DNA of 64,000 bases, from contig DATLNJ010000055.1 of the NCBI GenBank assembly GCA_035536815.1, positions 923-64,922 on the forward strand, in the 5' to 3' direction. Source of the DNA: Frankiaceae bacterium. GTDB lineage: Bacteria; Actinomycetota; Actinomycetes; BP-191. Position numbers and translations under genes: made by a program. Of this stretch, positions 14,028-22,677 are shown one piece after another (position 1 is the first letter of the stretch; the number at the start of each line of letters is the position of its first letter). A model generated the notes under the pieces. The model saw only the letters and a program-made list of their open reading frames with translations. It had not been told where the DNA came from and made no database searches.

Positions 14028-15317
14028 TCAGTCGCCGGGCTGGCGTTGCGACCCGGCGGGCGTCCGCCGCCCGCGGAACCGGCTGGCGAGCCGGGACAGC
14101 AACGGCACCTTCTTCTTCGCGTTGTCGATCTCCACCGGCGTGCCGCGGAACTCCAGGTACACGATCTTCATCGCGCCGACGAACGGCACCGCGCACAGCG
14201 CGCCGACGACGCCCCCGGCCGCGACACCGATCAACGCCGCCGACATCGTCGCGGGCGGCGACAGCTTCACCGCCTGGCCGACGACCAGCGGCGACAGGAT
14301 GTTGTTCTCGAACTGCAGGTACAGGATGAAGAACACCGCGCAGAGCACGCCGGTCGTCGCGCTGTGCGTGAACCCCATGACGACGAACGGGATGCCGCCC
14401 GCCGCCCCGCCGATCTGCGGCACGAGGTCGAACACCATGACGTTCGCGGCCAGCAACGGCGTCAGCGGCACCTGCAGCACCAGCCCCGCGACCAGCGTGG
14501 CGAGCCCGGCGATCAGCGCGACGGTGATGGAGCCGGCGACGTAACGGCCGACGGCGGCGTACATGAGCTGCCCCACCCGCTGCGCGGTGGCGCGGCGGCG
14601 CCCGGGTACGAGCCGCGCACCGTGCTCGACCAGCCGCGGGCCGTCCACCAGCAGCCCGACCGCGAACAGCACGACGACCAGCGCGGCGCCCATGCCGGAC
14701 AGCGCGCCGCGGGCCGCGCCCGCGACCGGGCTGAGGTCGCCGGCCAGCCGGTCGGGGAGCGTCTGCACCCGCTTGAGCACGGTGTCCGGCACGCCCGCGT
14801 CGGCCAGCTTGTCGCCGACGAACGGCAGGTCCGCGAGCTGCCCGACCACCCGTGGCAGGTCCTCGCCGAGCGCCTGCGCCTGCTTCACCGCGGGCGGCAC
14901 GAGGATCACCGCGAGCACCGTCACGATGACCGCGAACGACGCGAAGACGATGCCGACGGCGTACGGGCGGCCGACCTTGAAGCGGCGTTCCGCGCTCTCC
15001 ACCAGCGGGTTGAGGGACAGCGCGAGCAACGTCCCGACGGCGAGCGCGGTCATCGTCCGCGGCGCCGAGCGGACGACCGCCGCGACGGCGAGCAGCGTCA
15101 CGAACGCCGCGCAGAACAGCAGCATCGTGCGGACGTCGAGGTCGACCAGCCGCGCGCCGTCGGGCGTCACGGCGGTGTCCGGAACGCCCGGCGCGGCGGT
15201 GTCCTCGTGCGGCTCCGTGGGTGCCGCCGCGGGAGCCTTGCGCGCGGCGCGGCGAGGAGGCGCGGCCTCGGCCGCGCCGTCCGGAGCGCGTTCGGCTGCG
15301 CGGCGCCGGGGCGGCAT
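14028..15317 (-). CDS. AI-2E family transporter (PerM/UPF0118)
   Basis: Multi-TM protein with the characteristic C-terminal block DLVPQIGGAAGGIPFVV...FFILYLQFENNILSPLVVGQAVKLSP. The N-terminal ~60 aa are low-complexity, so the start is uncertain. Confidence 0.8.
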   Translation of the reverse strand: MPPRRRAAERAPDGAAEAAPPRRAARKAPAAAPTEPHEDTAAPGVPDTAVTPDGARLVDLDVRTMLLFCAAFVTLLAVAAVVRSAPRTMTALAVGTLLALSLNPLVESAERRFKVGRPYAVGIVFASFAVIVTVLAVILVPPAVKQAQALGEDLPRVVGQLADLPFVGDKLADAGVPDTVLKRVQTLPDRLAGDLSPVAGAARGALSGMGAALVVVLFAVGLLVDGPRLVEHGARLVPGRRRATAQRVGQLMYAAVGRYVAGSITVALIAGLATLVAGLVLQVPLTPLLAANVMVFDLVPQIGGAAGGIPFVVMGFTHSATTGVLCAVFFILYLQFENNILSPLVVGQAVKLSPPATMSAALIGVAAGGVVGALCAVPFVGAMKIVYLEFRGTPVEIDNAKKKVPLLSRLASRFRGRRTPAGSQRQPGD

Positions 15318-15334
15318 GCCGCTACCGTAGCGCC

Positions 15335-16417
15335 ATGGCGGCGGCGAACCGGCCCGAGCGGCTGCGTGTCAGCAACCGGTCGGTGCTGGCGTTCGTCGCG
15401 CTGGTCGGGCTCACGCTGCTGCTGGTCCGCATGGCGTCAGCCGCCTCCCGGGTCATCGGCTGGATGCTCGTCGCCGCGGCCGTCGCCGGGCTGCTGCACC
15501 CGCTGGTCCGCAAGCTGGAACGCCGCGGCTGGCCGCGCGGCCGCGCGGTGCTCGTCATCGCGTTCAGCGGTTTGCTGCTCGTCGGCCTGACGACGTACCG
15601 CGTCGTGGACGACGTCGCCCGCGGCTCCGAACGGCTCCGCGAGGCCGCTCCCGACGCGGCCGAGAGCCTGGAGGAGAGCGAGCGTTTCGGCGAGGCCGCC
15701 ACGACGATCCGGCTGCGCGAGCGGACGGACACGTTCATGCGGGAGCTGCCGGCCCGGCTGCGCGGCGGGACACCGGCCGACGCGTTCCGCGCGGCCGCGA
15801 CCCGGGGCGTGGCGTTCCTCACGACCAGCGTGATGATGCTGTTCCTGCTGCTGCACGGGCCGAAGCTGGCCGAGGCCGGCTTCCGGCAGATCGCCGAACG
15901 CCGCCGCGCCGAGGTCGCGCGGGTGGCGCGGGCGGCGTACCGCAGGGCGTTCGGCTACGCCGCCGGCTCGATCGCGATGGCGCTGCTCGCGGCCTGGGTG
16001 TCGTACGCCGCGGCGTACGCCGCCGATGTGCCGGGCGCGGCGCCGCTGGCGTTGTGGGTCGGGCTGTGGGACCTGGTGCCGATCATCGGCGCGTTCGTGG
16101 GGGCGTTGCCGATCGTGCTGCTGGCCGCCGTCGAGGACCCGGCGAAGGGCGCGCTGCTCGCGGTGCTGTTCCTGGGCTACCAGCTCTTCGAGGACTTCGG
16201 GCTGCAGCCGCGGCTGGAGGGCCGCACGATGCGGCTCGGGCCGTTCCTCACGGTGGCTGCGGGGTTCGCCGGGCTTGAGGTACGCGGCCTGCCCGGCGCG
16301 CTGATCGCGGTGCTGGCGGTCGCGACGCTGGTCGCGGCGCTCGACGAGGTGACGCCGGAGGTGACGGCCGGCCCGCTGCCCGACCTGACGGCCGATGCGG
16401 CCGGTCAGCCCCGGTAG
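15335..16417 (+). CDS. AI-2E family transporter, divergent paralogue
   Basis: ATG at 15335. Blocks WDLVPIIGAFVGALPIVLLA...LFLGYQLFEDFGLQPRLEGRTMRLGP. Confidence 0.8.
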   Translation: MAAANRPERLRVSNRSVLAFVALVGLTLLLVRMASAASRVIGWMLVAAAVAGLLHPLVRKLERRGWPRGRAVLVIAFSGLLLVGLTTYRVVDDVARGSERLREAAPDAAESLEESERFGEAATTIRLRERTDTFMRELPARLRGGTPADAFRAAATRGVAFLTTSVMMLFLLLHGPKLAEAGFRQIAERRRAEVARVARAAYRRAFGYAAGSIAMALLAAWVSYAAAYAADVPGAAPLALWVGLWDLVPIIGAFVGALPIVLLAAVEDPAKGALLAVLFLGYQLFEDFGLQPRLEGRTMRLGPFLTVAAGFAGLEVRGLPGALIAVLAVATLVAALDEVTPEVTAGPLPDLTADAAGQPR

Positions 16418-16680
16418 TCGTCGTCCAGCTCGACCTCGTACGCCTGCTCCAGCGCGTCCGCCTCGGGCACGTCGTCCGGGATGGACCGGACGTGCCGCGG
16501 CGTCGCGGCGCCGTCGGTGCCCTGCGCCTGCTCGACGGCGTCCGCCTCGGGCACGTCGTCGGGCAGGTCGCGGGTGCGCACCGGGAGCGCGCCGGCGCCC
16601 TGCGCCTGCTCGACCGCGTCGGCCTCCGGCGTCTCGACGCCGACCTCCACCGGGTCGCCGGTGTGCGTGCTCTCGGTCAT
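16405..16680 (-). CDS. acidic 91-aa protein with three imperfect PDDVPEADAVEQAQ repeats
   Basis: ATG at 16680 is preceded by GGAGGAAG. There are three ~26-28 aa repeats. Its 3' end overlaps the convergent transporter gene by 13 nt. Confidence 0.55.
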   Translation of the reverse strand: MTESTHTGDPVEVGVETPEADAVEQAQGAGALPVRTRDLPDDVPEADAVEQAQGTDGAATPRHVRSIPDDVPEADALEQAYEVELDDDYRG

Positions 16681-16767
16681 CGGGCTTCCTCCGGAGGGGC
16701 GGGTACGTGCCGCGATCTTCCCGCGCCACGGGGGCACCGACGCAAACCGGCCGGTGCCGGACAACGC

Positions 16768-16800
16768 GACGACCGCCCAGCCGGGTGCGGGGCGGTCGTC
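16768..16800 (-). terminator. 11-bp stem hairpin downstream of the 16826 gene
   Basis: GACGACCGCCC-(11 nt)-GGGCGGTCGTC read from the sequence. No clear U-tract. Confidence 0.4.
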
Positions 16801-16825
16801 GATGACGGCGGAGGTCTGTACGGCG

Positions 16826-17089
16826 TTACGAGCCGCGGCCGTCCAGCTCGCGGCTGCCTTCGCGGGTGCGCAGGGGGTCCGGCTCGGTCCGCTTGGGGAA
16901 CCGGCGCGAGTACTCGGCCTCCAGCTCGAGCATCCGCTCGGTGTGGGTCTGGAGCGCGTCGGCGGAGCTGGTCAGGAACGTGTGGTGCCGCGTCTCGTGC
17001 AGGTGCTCGAGCTCGCGTTCCAGCGTCGCGTCGTCGAGCTCGCTTCCCGGGATACCCGCCTGAGTGCTCGTCGCCATCCGCTCCTCCAT
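16826..17089 (-). CDS. small helical hypothetical protein (DUF6158-like by recollection)
   Basis: MEERMATSTQAGIPGSELDDATLERELEHLHETRHHTFLTSSADALQTHTERMLELEAEYSRRFP. The start is either 17089 or 17077. Confidence 0.55.
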   Translation of the reverse strand: MEERMATSTQAGIPGSELDDATLERELEHLHETRHHTFLTSSADALQTHTERMLELEAEYSRRFPKRTEPDPLRTREGSRELDGRGS

Positions 17090-17147
17090 CGCCGTCGCGT
17101 GTGCTGATCGGGGCGTACCCGCGAGACGCGCGGGTATGCGGGGCGCC

Positions 17148-17807
17148 ATGACGCGCTGGGGAGTCCTGTTCGACGTAGACGGGACGCTGGTCGACAGCAA
17201 CTACCTGCACATCGTCGCGTGGCTGCGCGCGTTCCGGTCGGCCGGCTACGCCGACGTCACGGCGGCGCAGGTGCACCGCTGCGTCGGCATGGGTGGCGAG
17301 CTGCTGCTGGAGACGCTGGTCGGTTCCGTGGACGAGGCCGCGAAGAAGGGCCACAGCGTCGAGTACGAACGGCTCTGGCCCGAGCTGCGGCCGTTCCCCG
17401 GCGCGGTGGACCTGCTGCGCGAGGTACGCCGGCGCGGTGGCGCCGCGGTGCTCGCGACGTCGGCGACCGAGGAGGAGGCCGGCGCGCTGCGCAAGGCGCT
17501 CGACTGCGACGACGTCATCACGGCGATCACGTCGTCCGCCGACGTCGAGGAGGCCAAGCCGAACCCCGACATCTTCCGGACCGCGCTCGACAAGAGCGGG
17601 ATCGACCCCGCGCGCTGCGTCGTCGTCGGCGACACCGTCTACGACGTCGAGGCCGCGACGCGCGCCGGGCTGCGCTGCGTCGGCGTGCTCACCGGCGGCA
17701 TCTCCCGCGCCGAGCTGGCCGAGGCCGGCGCGGTCGAGGTCTACGAGAGCGTGGCCGCGCTGCTCGCGGCGTTCGATCAGTCGCCGCTCGGCGCGCTCTC
17801 CGGCTGA
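17148..17807 (+). CDS. HAD-superfamily hydrolase (phosphatase-like)
   Basis: Motif I LFDVDGTLVDS. Motif II is a Ser/Thr in ATSATEEE. Motif III/IV KPNPD ... VVVGDTVYDVEAA. An alternative ATG lies at 17136. Confidence 0.85.
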   Translation: MTRWGVLFDVDGTLVDSNYLHIVAWLRAFRSAGYADVTAAQVHRCVGMGGELLLETLVGSVDEAAKKGHSVEYERLWPELRPFPGAVDLLREVRRRGGAAVLATSATEEEAGALRKALDCDDVITAITSSADVEEAKPNPDIFRTALDKSGIDPARCVVVGDTVYDVEAATRAGLRCVGVLTGGISRAELAEAGAVEVYESVAALLAAFDQSPLGALSG

Positions 17808-19297
17808 CGCGCCGCCAGGTCGTCCACCGCCGGCCCCTGGAGCACGTGCCCGTCCACGTCGAACCGCGACCCGTGGCACGGGCAGTCCCAGCTCTTCTCG
17901 CCGCCGTTCCAGCTCACGATGCAGCCCAGGTGTGTGCAGCGCGCGGACACCGCGTGCACCACGCCGTCGTCGTCGCGGTACGCCGCCGTCTTGGCCGGCC
18001 CCGTACCGATGACCGCCGCCTCGCCCGGCTCCAGCTCGTCCACCGACCCGACGTCGCCGGGGGCGAGGTAGCCGCCGACCAGCTCCTTGGCGACCGCGGC
18101 GTTCTCCTTCACGAACGTCTTCAGCTTCGTGAACGCCGGCTTCGTCCGCTGCGGGTCGTACACCTCGGCCCACCGGTTCTCGACGCCCGTGATGAGGTCG
18201 GCGAGCAGCAGACCGGACATGGTGCCGTTCGTCATGCCCCACGCCCCGAACGCCGTCGCGACCCAGAGGTGGTCCGCCCCCGGGCGGAACCGACCGATGA
18301 ACGGCACCCGGTCGGTGGAGGTGTAGTCCTGCGTCGACCAGCGGTGCGTGAAATCCGTGACGCCGAAGCGTTCGCGGGTCCAGGCTTCGAGGCGGTCGTA
18401 GCGCTCGTCCGTGTCGTCCGCGCGGCCGGTCGGGTGCCCCTCGCCACCGACGATGAGCAGCAGCCCGTCGCCGTCCTCGGTGACCCGGATCGAGTGCGTC
18501 GGCGACTCGGTGGACAGGAACATCCCGTCCAGCGCGCCCTGCGGCAGCCGCGCGGCGACGACGTAGTCACGGATCGGGAACTGCCGCGCGAAGTACATGC
18601 CGCGGTCGAGGAACGGGATGTGCGTCGCGACGACGACGTCGCGCGCGCGGATCGGCCCTTTGTCCGTGGTGACGAGGCACGGGTCGCCCTCGTCCACGTC
18701 CAGGGCGCGGGTGTCCTCCAGCAGGTGGCTGCCGTCGCCCTGGATCGTGTCCGCGATCGCCAGCAGGTACTTGCGCGGGTGGAACCGTGCCTGGTCGTCA
18801 TAGCGGATCGCGCCCGCGACCGGGTACGGCAGCGGCGTATCGGTGACGTATGACACCGGCAGCCCGAGGCCGCGCGCGGCGTCCGCCTCCTGCCGCAACG
18901 AGCCGGTCTCCGTCTCGTCCTCGGTGTAGATGTACGACGGCGTCCGGACCAGGTCGCAGTCGATGCCCTGCTCCGCGCTGACCCGGGCGATGTGCTCGAT
19001 CGCCGCCTGCTGCGAGTCGGCGTAGAGGCGGGCCTTCTCCTCGCCGAACTTCTGCACGAGGTGGCCGTAGATCTGCCCGTGGCTCGACGTCACCTTGGCC
19101 GTCGTGTTGCCGGTGACACCCTCGAGGATGCGCGCGGCCTCCACGACGGCGACGGTGCGGCCGGCCGCCTTGAGCGCGGCGGCGGCGTTCAGGCCGGCGA
19201 TGCCGCCGCCGAGGACGGCGACGTCGACGGTGAGCTCCGCGGGGGACGGCTCGTAGGTGCCGGCAGGCGTGGACGCGATCCAGTACGACTGGTTCAT
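17777..19297 (-). CDS. FAD-dependent oxidoreductase fused to a C-terminal Rieske [2Fe-2S] domain
   Basis: Dinucleotide fold VAVLGGGIAGLNAA. Rieske motifs CTHLGC ... CPCHGS. Confidence 0.9.
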   Translation of the reverse strand: MNQSYWIASTPAGTYEPSPAELTVDVAVLGGGIAGLNAAAALKAAGRTVAVVEAARILEGVTGNTTAKVTSSHGQIYGHLVQKFGEEKARLYADSQQAAIEHIARVSAEQGIDCDLVRTPSYIYTEDETETGSLRQEADAARGLGLPVSYVTDTPLPYPVAGAIRYDDQARFHPRKYLLAIADTIQGDGSHLLEDTRALDVDEGDPCLVTTDKGPIRARDVVVATHIPFLDRGMYFARQFPIRDYVVAARLPQGALDGMFLSTESPTHSIRVTEDGDGLLLIVGGEGHPTGRADDTDERYDRLEAWTRERFGVTDFTHRWSTQDYTSTDRVPFIGRFRPGADHLWVATAFGAWGMTNGTMSGLLLADLITGVENRWAEVYDPQRTKPAFTKLKTFVKENAAVAKELVGGYLAPGDVGSVDELEPGEAAVIGTGPAKTAAYRDDDGVVHAVSARCTHLGCIVSWNGGEKSWDCPCHGSRFDVDGHVLQGPAVDDLAARQPESAPSGD

Positions 19298-19333
19298 GCG
19301 GGCCAACTACCACCACGTGTCTATGGTGAAACC

Positions 19334-19864
19334 GTGCCTGCGATAGAGGTCGTGCGCGGCGACCTGACGGCGCAGGCCGTGGACGCCGTCGTGAACGCCG
19401 CCAACTCCTCGCTGCTCGGCGGCGGCGGCGTGGACGGCGCGCTCCACCGGGCCGGCGGCCCGGCGATCCTGGCCGAGTGCCGGGCGTTGCGGGCGGCGCG
19501 CTACCCGGACGGGCTGCCGGCGGGCTCGGCGGTGGCGACCACCGCCGGCGACCTCCCCGCCAGGTGGGTGATCCACACGGTCGGGCCGGTGTACGCGGCG
19601 CACGACGACCCGGCGGCGTTGCTGCGCGCCTGCCACCTGTCGTCGCTACGGGTGGCGGACGAGCTCGGCGCGACGTCGGTGGCGTTCCCGGCCATCTCGT
19701 GCGGCGTCTACGGCTACCCGCCGCGCGAGGCGGCGCCGGTGGCGGTGGCGGCGGTGCGCGCCGCGGAGACGCGGGTCGAGGTGGTGCGCTTCGTGCTGTT
19801 CGGCGACGAGACGTACGACGCGTTCAGCGCCGTGTCCCTCGGCGGCGGGTCGGATACGTCATGA
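19334..19864 (+). CDS. macro-domain protein (O-acetyl-ADP-ribose deacetylase-like)
   Basis: GTG at 19334. DAVVNAANSSLLGGGGVDGALHRAGG ... VIHTVGP ... SVAFPAISCGVYGYP. Confidence 0.9.
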   Translation: MPAIEVVRGDLTAQAVDAVVNAANSSLLGGGGVDGALHRAGGPAILAECRALRAARYPDGLPAGSAVATTAGDLPARWVIHTVGPVYAAHDDPAALLRACHLSSLRVADELGATSVAFPAISCGVYGYPPREAAPVAVAAVRAAETRVEVVRFVLFGDETYDAFSAVSLGGGSDTS

Positions 19865-20050
19865 CTCCGCGAGCTCGCGCCGACGCAGGCGCACGAGCTT
19901 GATTGCTTCGTTCTCCGCGTGGTCGAACCCGGCCCGCAGTGCGCGCTGCCGATCGGGCGCCAGAGACGCGAGCTCGGCCTGAGCTCGTTCGATCTCCGCC
20001 TGCAATGCTTCGGCGTTCGCCACCGCCGCGGCTCGTTCCGAACCGGTCAC
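19859..20050 (-). CDS. 63-aa coiled-coil protein translationally coupled to the deaminase gene
   Basis: GTG at 20050 overlaps the upstream TGA (GTGA), and GGGAGG lies 6 nt upstream. Helical heptad-like AAVANAEALQAEIERAQAELASL. Confidence 0.55.
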   Translation of the reverse strand: MTGSERAAAVANAEALQAEIERAQAELASLAPDRQRALRAGFDHAENEAIKLVRLRRRELAES

Positions 20051-21672
20051 GACGTGCCTCCCTTGGGTCGCGTACGCTGCGCCGGCGACGTGGGGGAAGA
20101 CCGACGGGACGTCGTGCGTCGTGTTGCCGACGATGGCGTCCCAGCCGCACCGGTGCTCACCTTAGCCATGTTGTCCTGGCGGTGTGACAGATTCGGGGGA
20201 CGCCCCGCGGAGCGACTGGCCGTGAAGGCGCCGAGAGCACTCAGTTCGCGGACCGCAACACCGTGGGGCTCCATGAACGGGTCGACCTTCGGGATGGCTG
20301 AGGCCCGTTCGGCTTCGCCCCACGGGCGTCTCGCTCCGGTGACGTCCTTGCGGTCGACCGTCACCGAGAACAGCGCGGCGTAGCGACGCGGGGCGATGCC
20401 GGTGAAGGGGTGGAACGACGCGCCCACCGCGGCGCCATACATCGACTCCGCCCGGCTCTTCGGGTAGGGCGCGAGGTACGTCACAGTCAGGCCGAGCGCC
20501 ACAAGATGCCGCGCGCAGTGGTGGCACGGAAAGGCCGTGACGAACATCGTCGTCCCCGCGATAGCCGCCCGACCGCGCAGCGCAGCCAGCAGCGCGTTCA
20601 TCTCGGCATGGACCGGTCTCTGGAACTCGATCAGCCCGCGGAGTCGCGACTGACGAAGCGGTCCGTTCAGCAACTCGTTCGCGAACTCGTCAGGGTCGGC
20701 GCCGAGGGCGGCTCGCGCGCGGTCGGCGAGCACGTCCGGCGGAAGCGACGCGAGCGTGTCGACGAGCAGCTCGGTGATGTCGATCAGGCTTGCGTCGAAA
20801 GTCGGAGCCGCACCGGCCTCAGGATGCGCGTTGTGTCCAAGCCCGACGACGTCGCCTGCCGCGGTTACCAGCGCGGCGCCCACCTTCAAACCGAGTTCGG
20901 ATGACCGCGTGCTCGCGATCTCCGCGACACTCATGCTGAACTCGGCGACGGTCGGCTGGCGGGCCCGCGGGCTGTCGAACAACAGGTCGACCACGCTCGT
21001 CACCTGCTGGGGCACATCGCGTTCGAGGTCGATGAAGACGTCCGCCATCGGAAACGCGAGGAGTGTGTTCTGGCCGAGTTCGTCGCGTTCGCGCAGGTCC
21101 CGCTCGATCAGCCTGGAGACGATCGAGCCGACATCTTGCGACGAGGCGCGCCGAAGCTTGATCTTGGCGTTCAGCTCCGTGGTCCGTCTCTCGATGCTTG
21201 CCTGTAACGAAACGACCACGAAGTGGTCGCCGTAGAGCCGGCGCAGATGGGTGATCTCGGCGGGACGCTTCAAGGAGTCGAGCAGATACGCGGTACGGGG
21301 CAGCGGGACACTCGCAGCGGCAGCGTCATCCTCGATGCCGCGCGCCGCGTTGCCCAGGCGCCGGATGCCCCTCATCGCCGCGACGCCAAGCAGCGCGACT
21401 GCGGAGCCGGTCTTCGATTCGTTGCAGAGGCGGTCGCCCTCGTCCATCAGCGCAGCGACTCGGTCCTCCTCGTGCCGCGTCGGGACGTCCTCGCCACGAC
21501 GCAACGCCTCGTTGCGGAGAAGGTCACTCAACTTTACGTCGTGGACTGCGTAGCGATACGAGGTGAGCGCTGCCCTCAGCGCGTCTTTGAACTCCTCGTC
21601 GGGCGTGCCGACCGGACGCACGACGCCGAACACCAGTTCCGGCCCAACGTCGGCGGTCGTCCCCGCTTCCAC
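20047..21672 (-). CDS. two-domain deaminase: degenerate P-loop-kinase-like N-domain + cytidine/dCMP-deaminase zinc domain (AvcD / anti-phage dCTP deaminase-like)
   Basis: N-terminus PELVFGVVRPVGT (Walker-A-like, no Lys). Deaminase signature HAEMNAL ... FPCHHCARHL. At 541 aa it is similar in size to the defence deaminases as I recall them. GC is locally reduced. Confidence 0.8.
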   Translation of the reverse strand: MEAGTTADVGPELVFGVVRPVGTPDEEFKDALRAALTSYRYAVHDVKLSDLLRNEALRRGEDVPTRHEEDRVAALMDEGDRLCNESKTGSAVALLGVAAMRGIRRLGNAARGIEDDAAAASVPLPRTAYLLDSLKRPAEITHLRRLYGDHFVVVSLQASIERRTTELNAKIKLRRASSQDVGSIVSRLIERDLRERDELGQNTLLAFPMADVFIDLERDVPQQVTSVVDLLFDSPRARQPTVAEFSMSVAEIASTRSSELGLKVGAALVTAAGDVVGLGHNAHPEAGAAPTFDASLIDITELLVDTLASLPPDVLADRARAALGADPDEFANELLNGPLRQSRLRGLIEFQRPVHAEMNALLAALRGRAAIAGTTMFVTAFPCHHCARHLVALGLTVTYLAPYPKSRAESMYGAAVGASFHPFTGIAPRRYAALFSVTVDRKDVTGARRPWGEAERASAIPKVDPFMEPHGVAVRELSALGAFTASRSAGRPPNLSHRQDNMAKVSTGAAGTPSSATRRTTSRRSSPTSPAQRTRPKGGTS

Positions 21673-21756
21673 GCGCCCCCCTGATTTCGCGGCTCAGTCC
21701 AGAAAGGAAAGCACGGTCGCACTGCGGTCGACCGTATTTGTGCGCGTGTCGGAACG

Positions 21757-22677
21757 TCAGCTCAGCGTCTTCGGCAGCTTCTGCTTGACGGTCAGCACCG
21801 GCGCGAACAGGTCGCCGACCTCCTCGGCCCGCTTCAGCGCCTCGTGCGCTTCGAACGTGATCGACGCCACGTCGTCCGTCTCCGCGCAGTGCGCGACCTC
21901 GTCCCACGTCACCGGCATCGACACGGTCGGCCGCGACTTCGCGCGCAGCGAGTACACGCAGGACGTCGTCTTGCTGTCGACGTTCTGGCTCCAGTCCACC
22001 AGGATCTTGCCGACCCGCAGCTCCTTCTTCTGCCGCGAGACGACGAGGTCCGGGTCCTCCTTCTCCAGCAGCAGGGCGACGTTCTTCGCGAACGGCGTCG
22101 TGGTGTCGTACGTCACGGACGGCTGGTTCAGCGGGACGTAGACCTGCAGGCCCTTGCTGCCGGAGACCTTCGCGTAGCAGTCGAGGCCGTTGCGGTCGAA
22201 CAGCTCCTTGAGCCGCAGCCCGACGACGCAGCACTCGTGCAGGTCGGCGGGCGCGCCGGGGTCGAGGTCGAAGACGACCATCGTCGGCTTCTGCGGCGTC
22301 TTGGCCAGCGCCATCGTCGTGTGCAGCTCGAGGTCCGCGAGGTTCGCGACCCAGACGAGCGCGGCGACGCCGTCGATGACGACGTAGTCGATGTCGCGGT
22401 CGTTGCTGTCGCTGTAGATCGGCGTCGTCTTGATCCAGTCCGGGCGGTGCTTCGGCGCCTGCTTCTCGAAGAAGAACGGCTGGTCCACGCCGTTCGGGTA
22501 GCGCTTCAACGTCAGCGGCCGGCCCTTGAGGTGGGGGAGCAGGACCGGCGCGATCCTCGAGTAGTAGTCGATGACCTCGGCCTTGGTGAACCCGACCTCC
22601 GGGTACAGGACCTTGTCGAGGTTCGACAGCGTGAGCTGCTTGCCCGCAACGGTGACGGCGACCTTCGACTCGGCCAT
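21757..22677 (-). CDS. ligD: LigD polymerase/primase domain protein (NHEJ)
   Basis: ATG at 22677 overlaps the upstream TGA (ATGA). KQLTLSNLDKVLYPEVGFTKAEVIDYY...RYPNG...FFEK...DLDP...SGSKGLQVYVPL are LigD-Pol hallmarks. Confidence 0.9.
   Translation of the reverse strand: MAESKVAVTVAGKQLTLSNLDKVLYPEVGFTKAEVIDYYSRIAPVLLPHLKGRPLTLKRYPNGVDQPFFFEKQAPKHRPDWIKTTPIYSDSNDRDIDYVVIDGVAALVWVANLADLELHTTMALAKTPQKPTMVVFDLDPGAPADLHECCVVGLRLKELFDRNGLDCYAKVSGSKGLQVYVPLNQPSVTYDTTTPFAKNVALLLEKEDPDLVVSRQKKELRVGKILVDWSQNVDSKTTSCVYSLRAKSRPTVSMPVTWDEVAHCAETDDVASITFEAHEALKRAEEVGDLFAPVLTVKQKLPKTLS

Noticed and set aside
19859-21756. Deaminase cassette as a mobile genetic element or genomic island
   Set aside because: I found no integrase, transposase, tRNA attachment site or flanking direct repeats. 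Only reduced GC, from a few hand-counted blocks, supports foreign origin. I therefore call it a cassette, not a mobile element.
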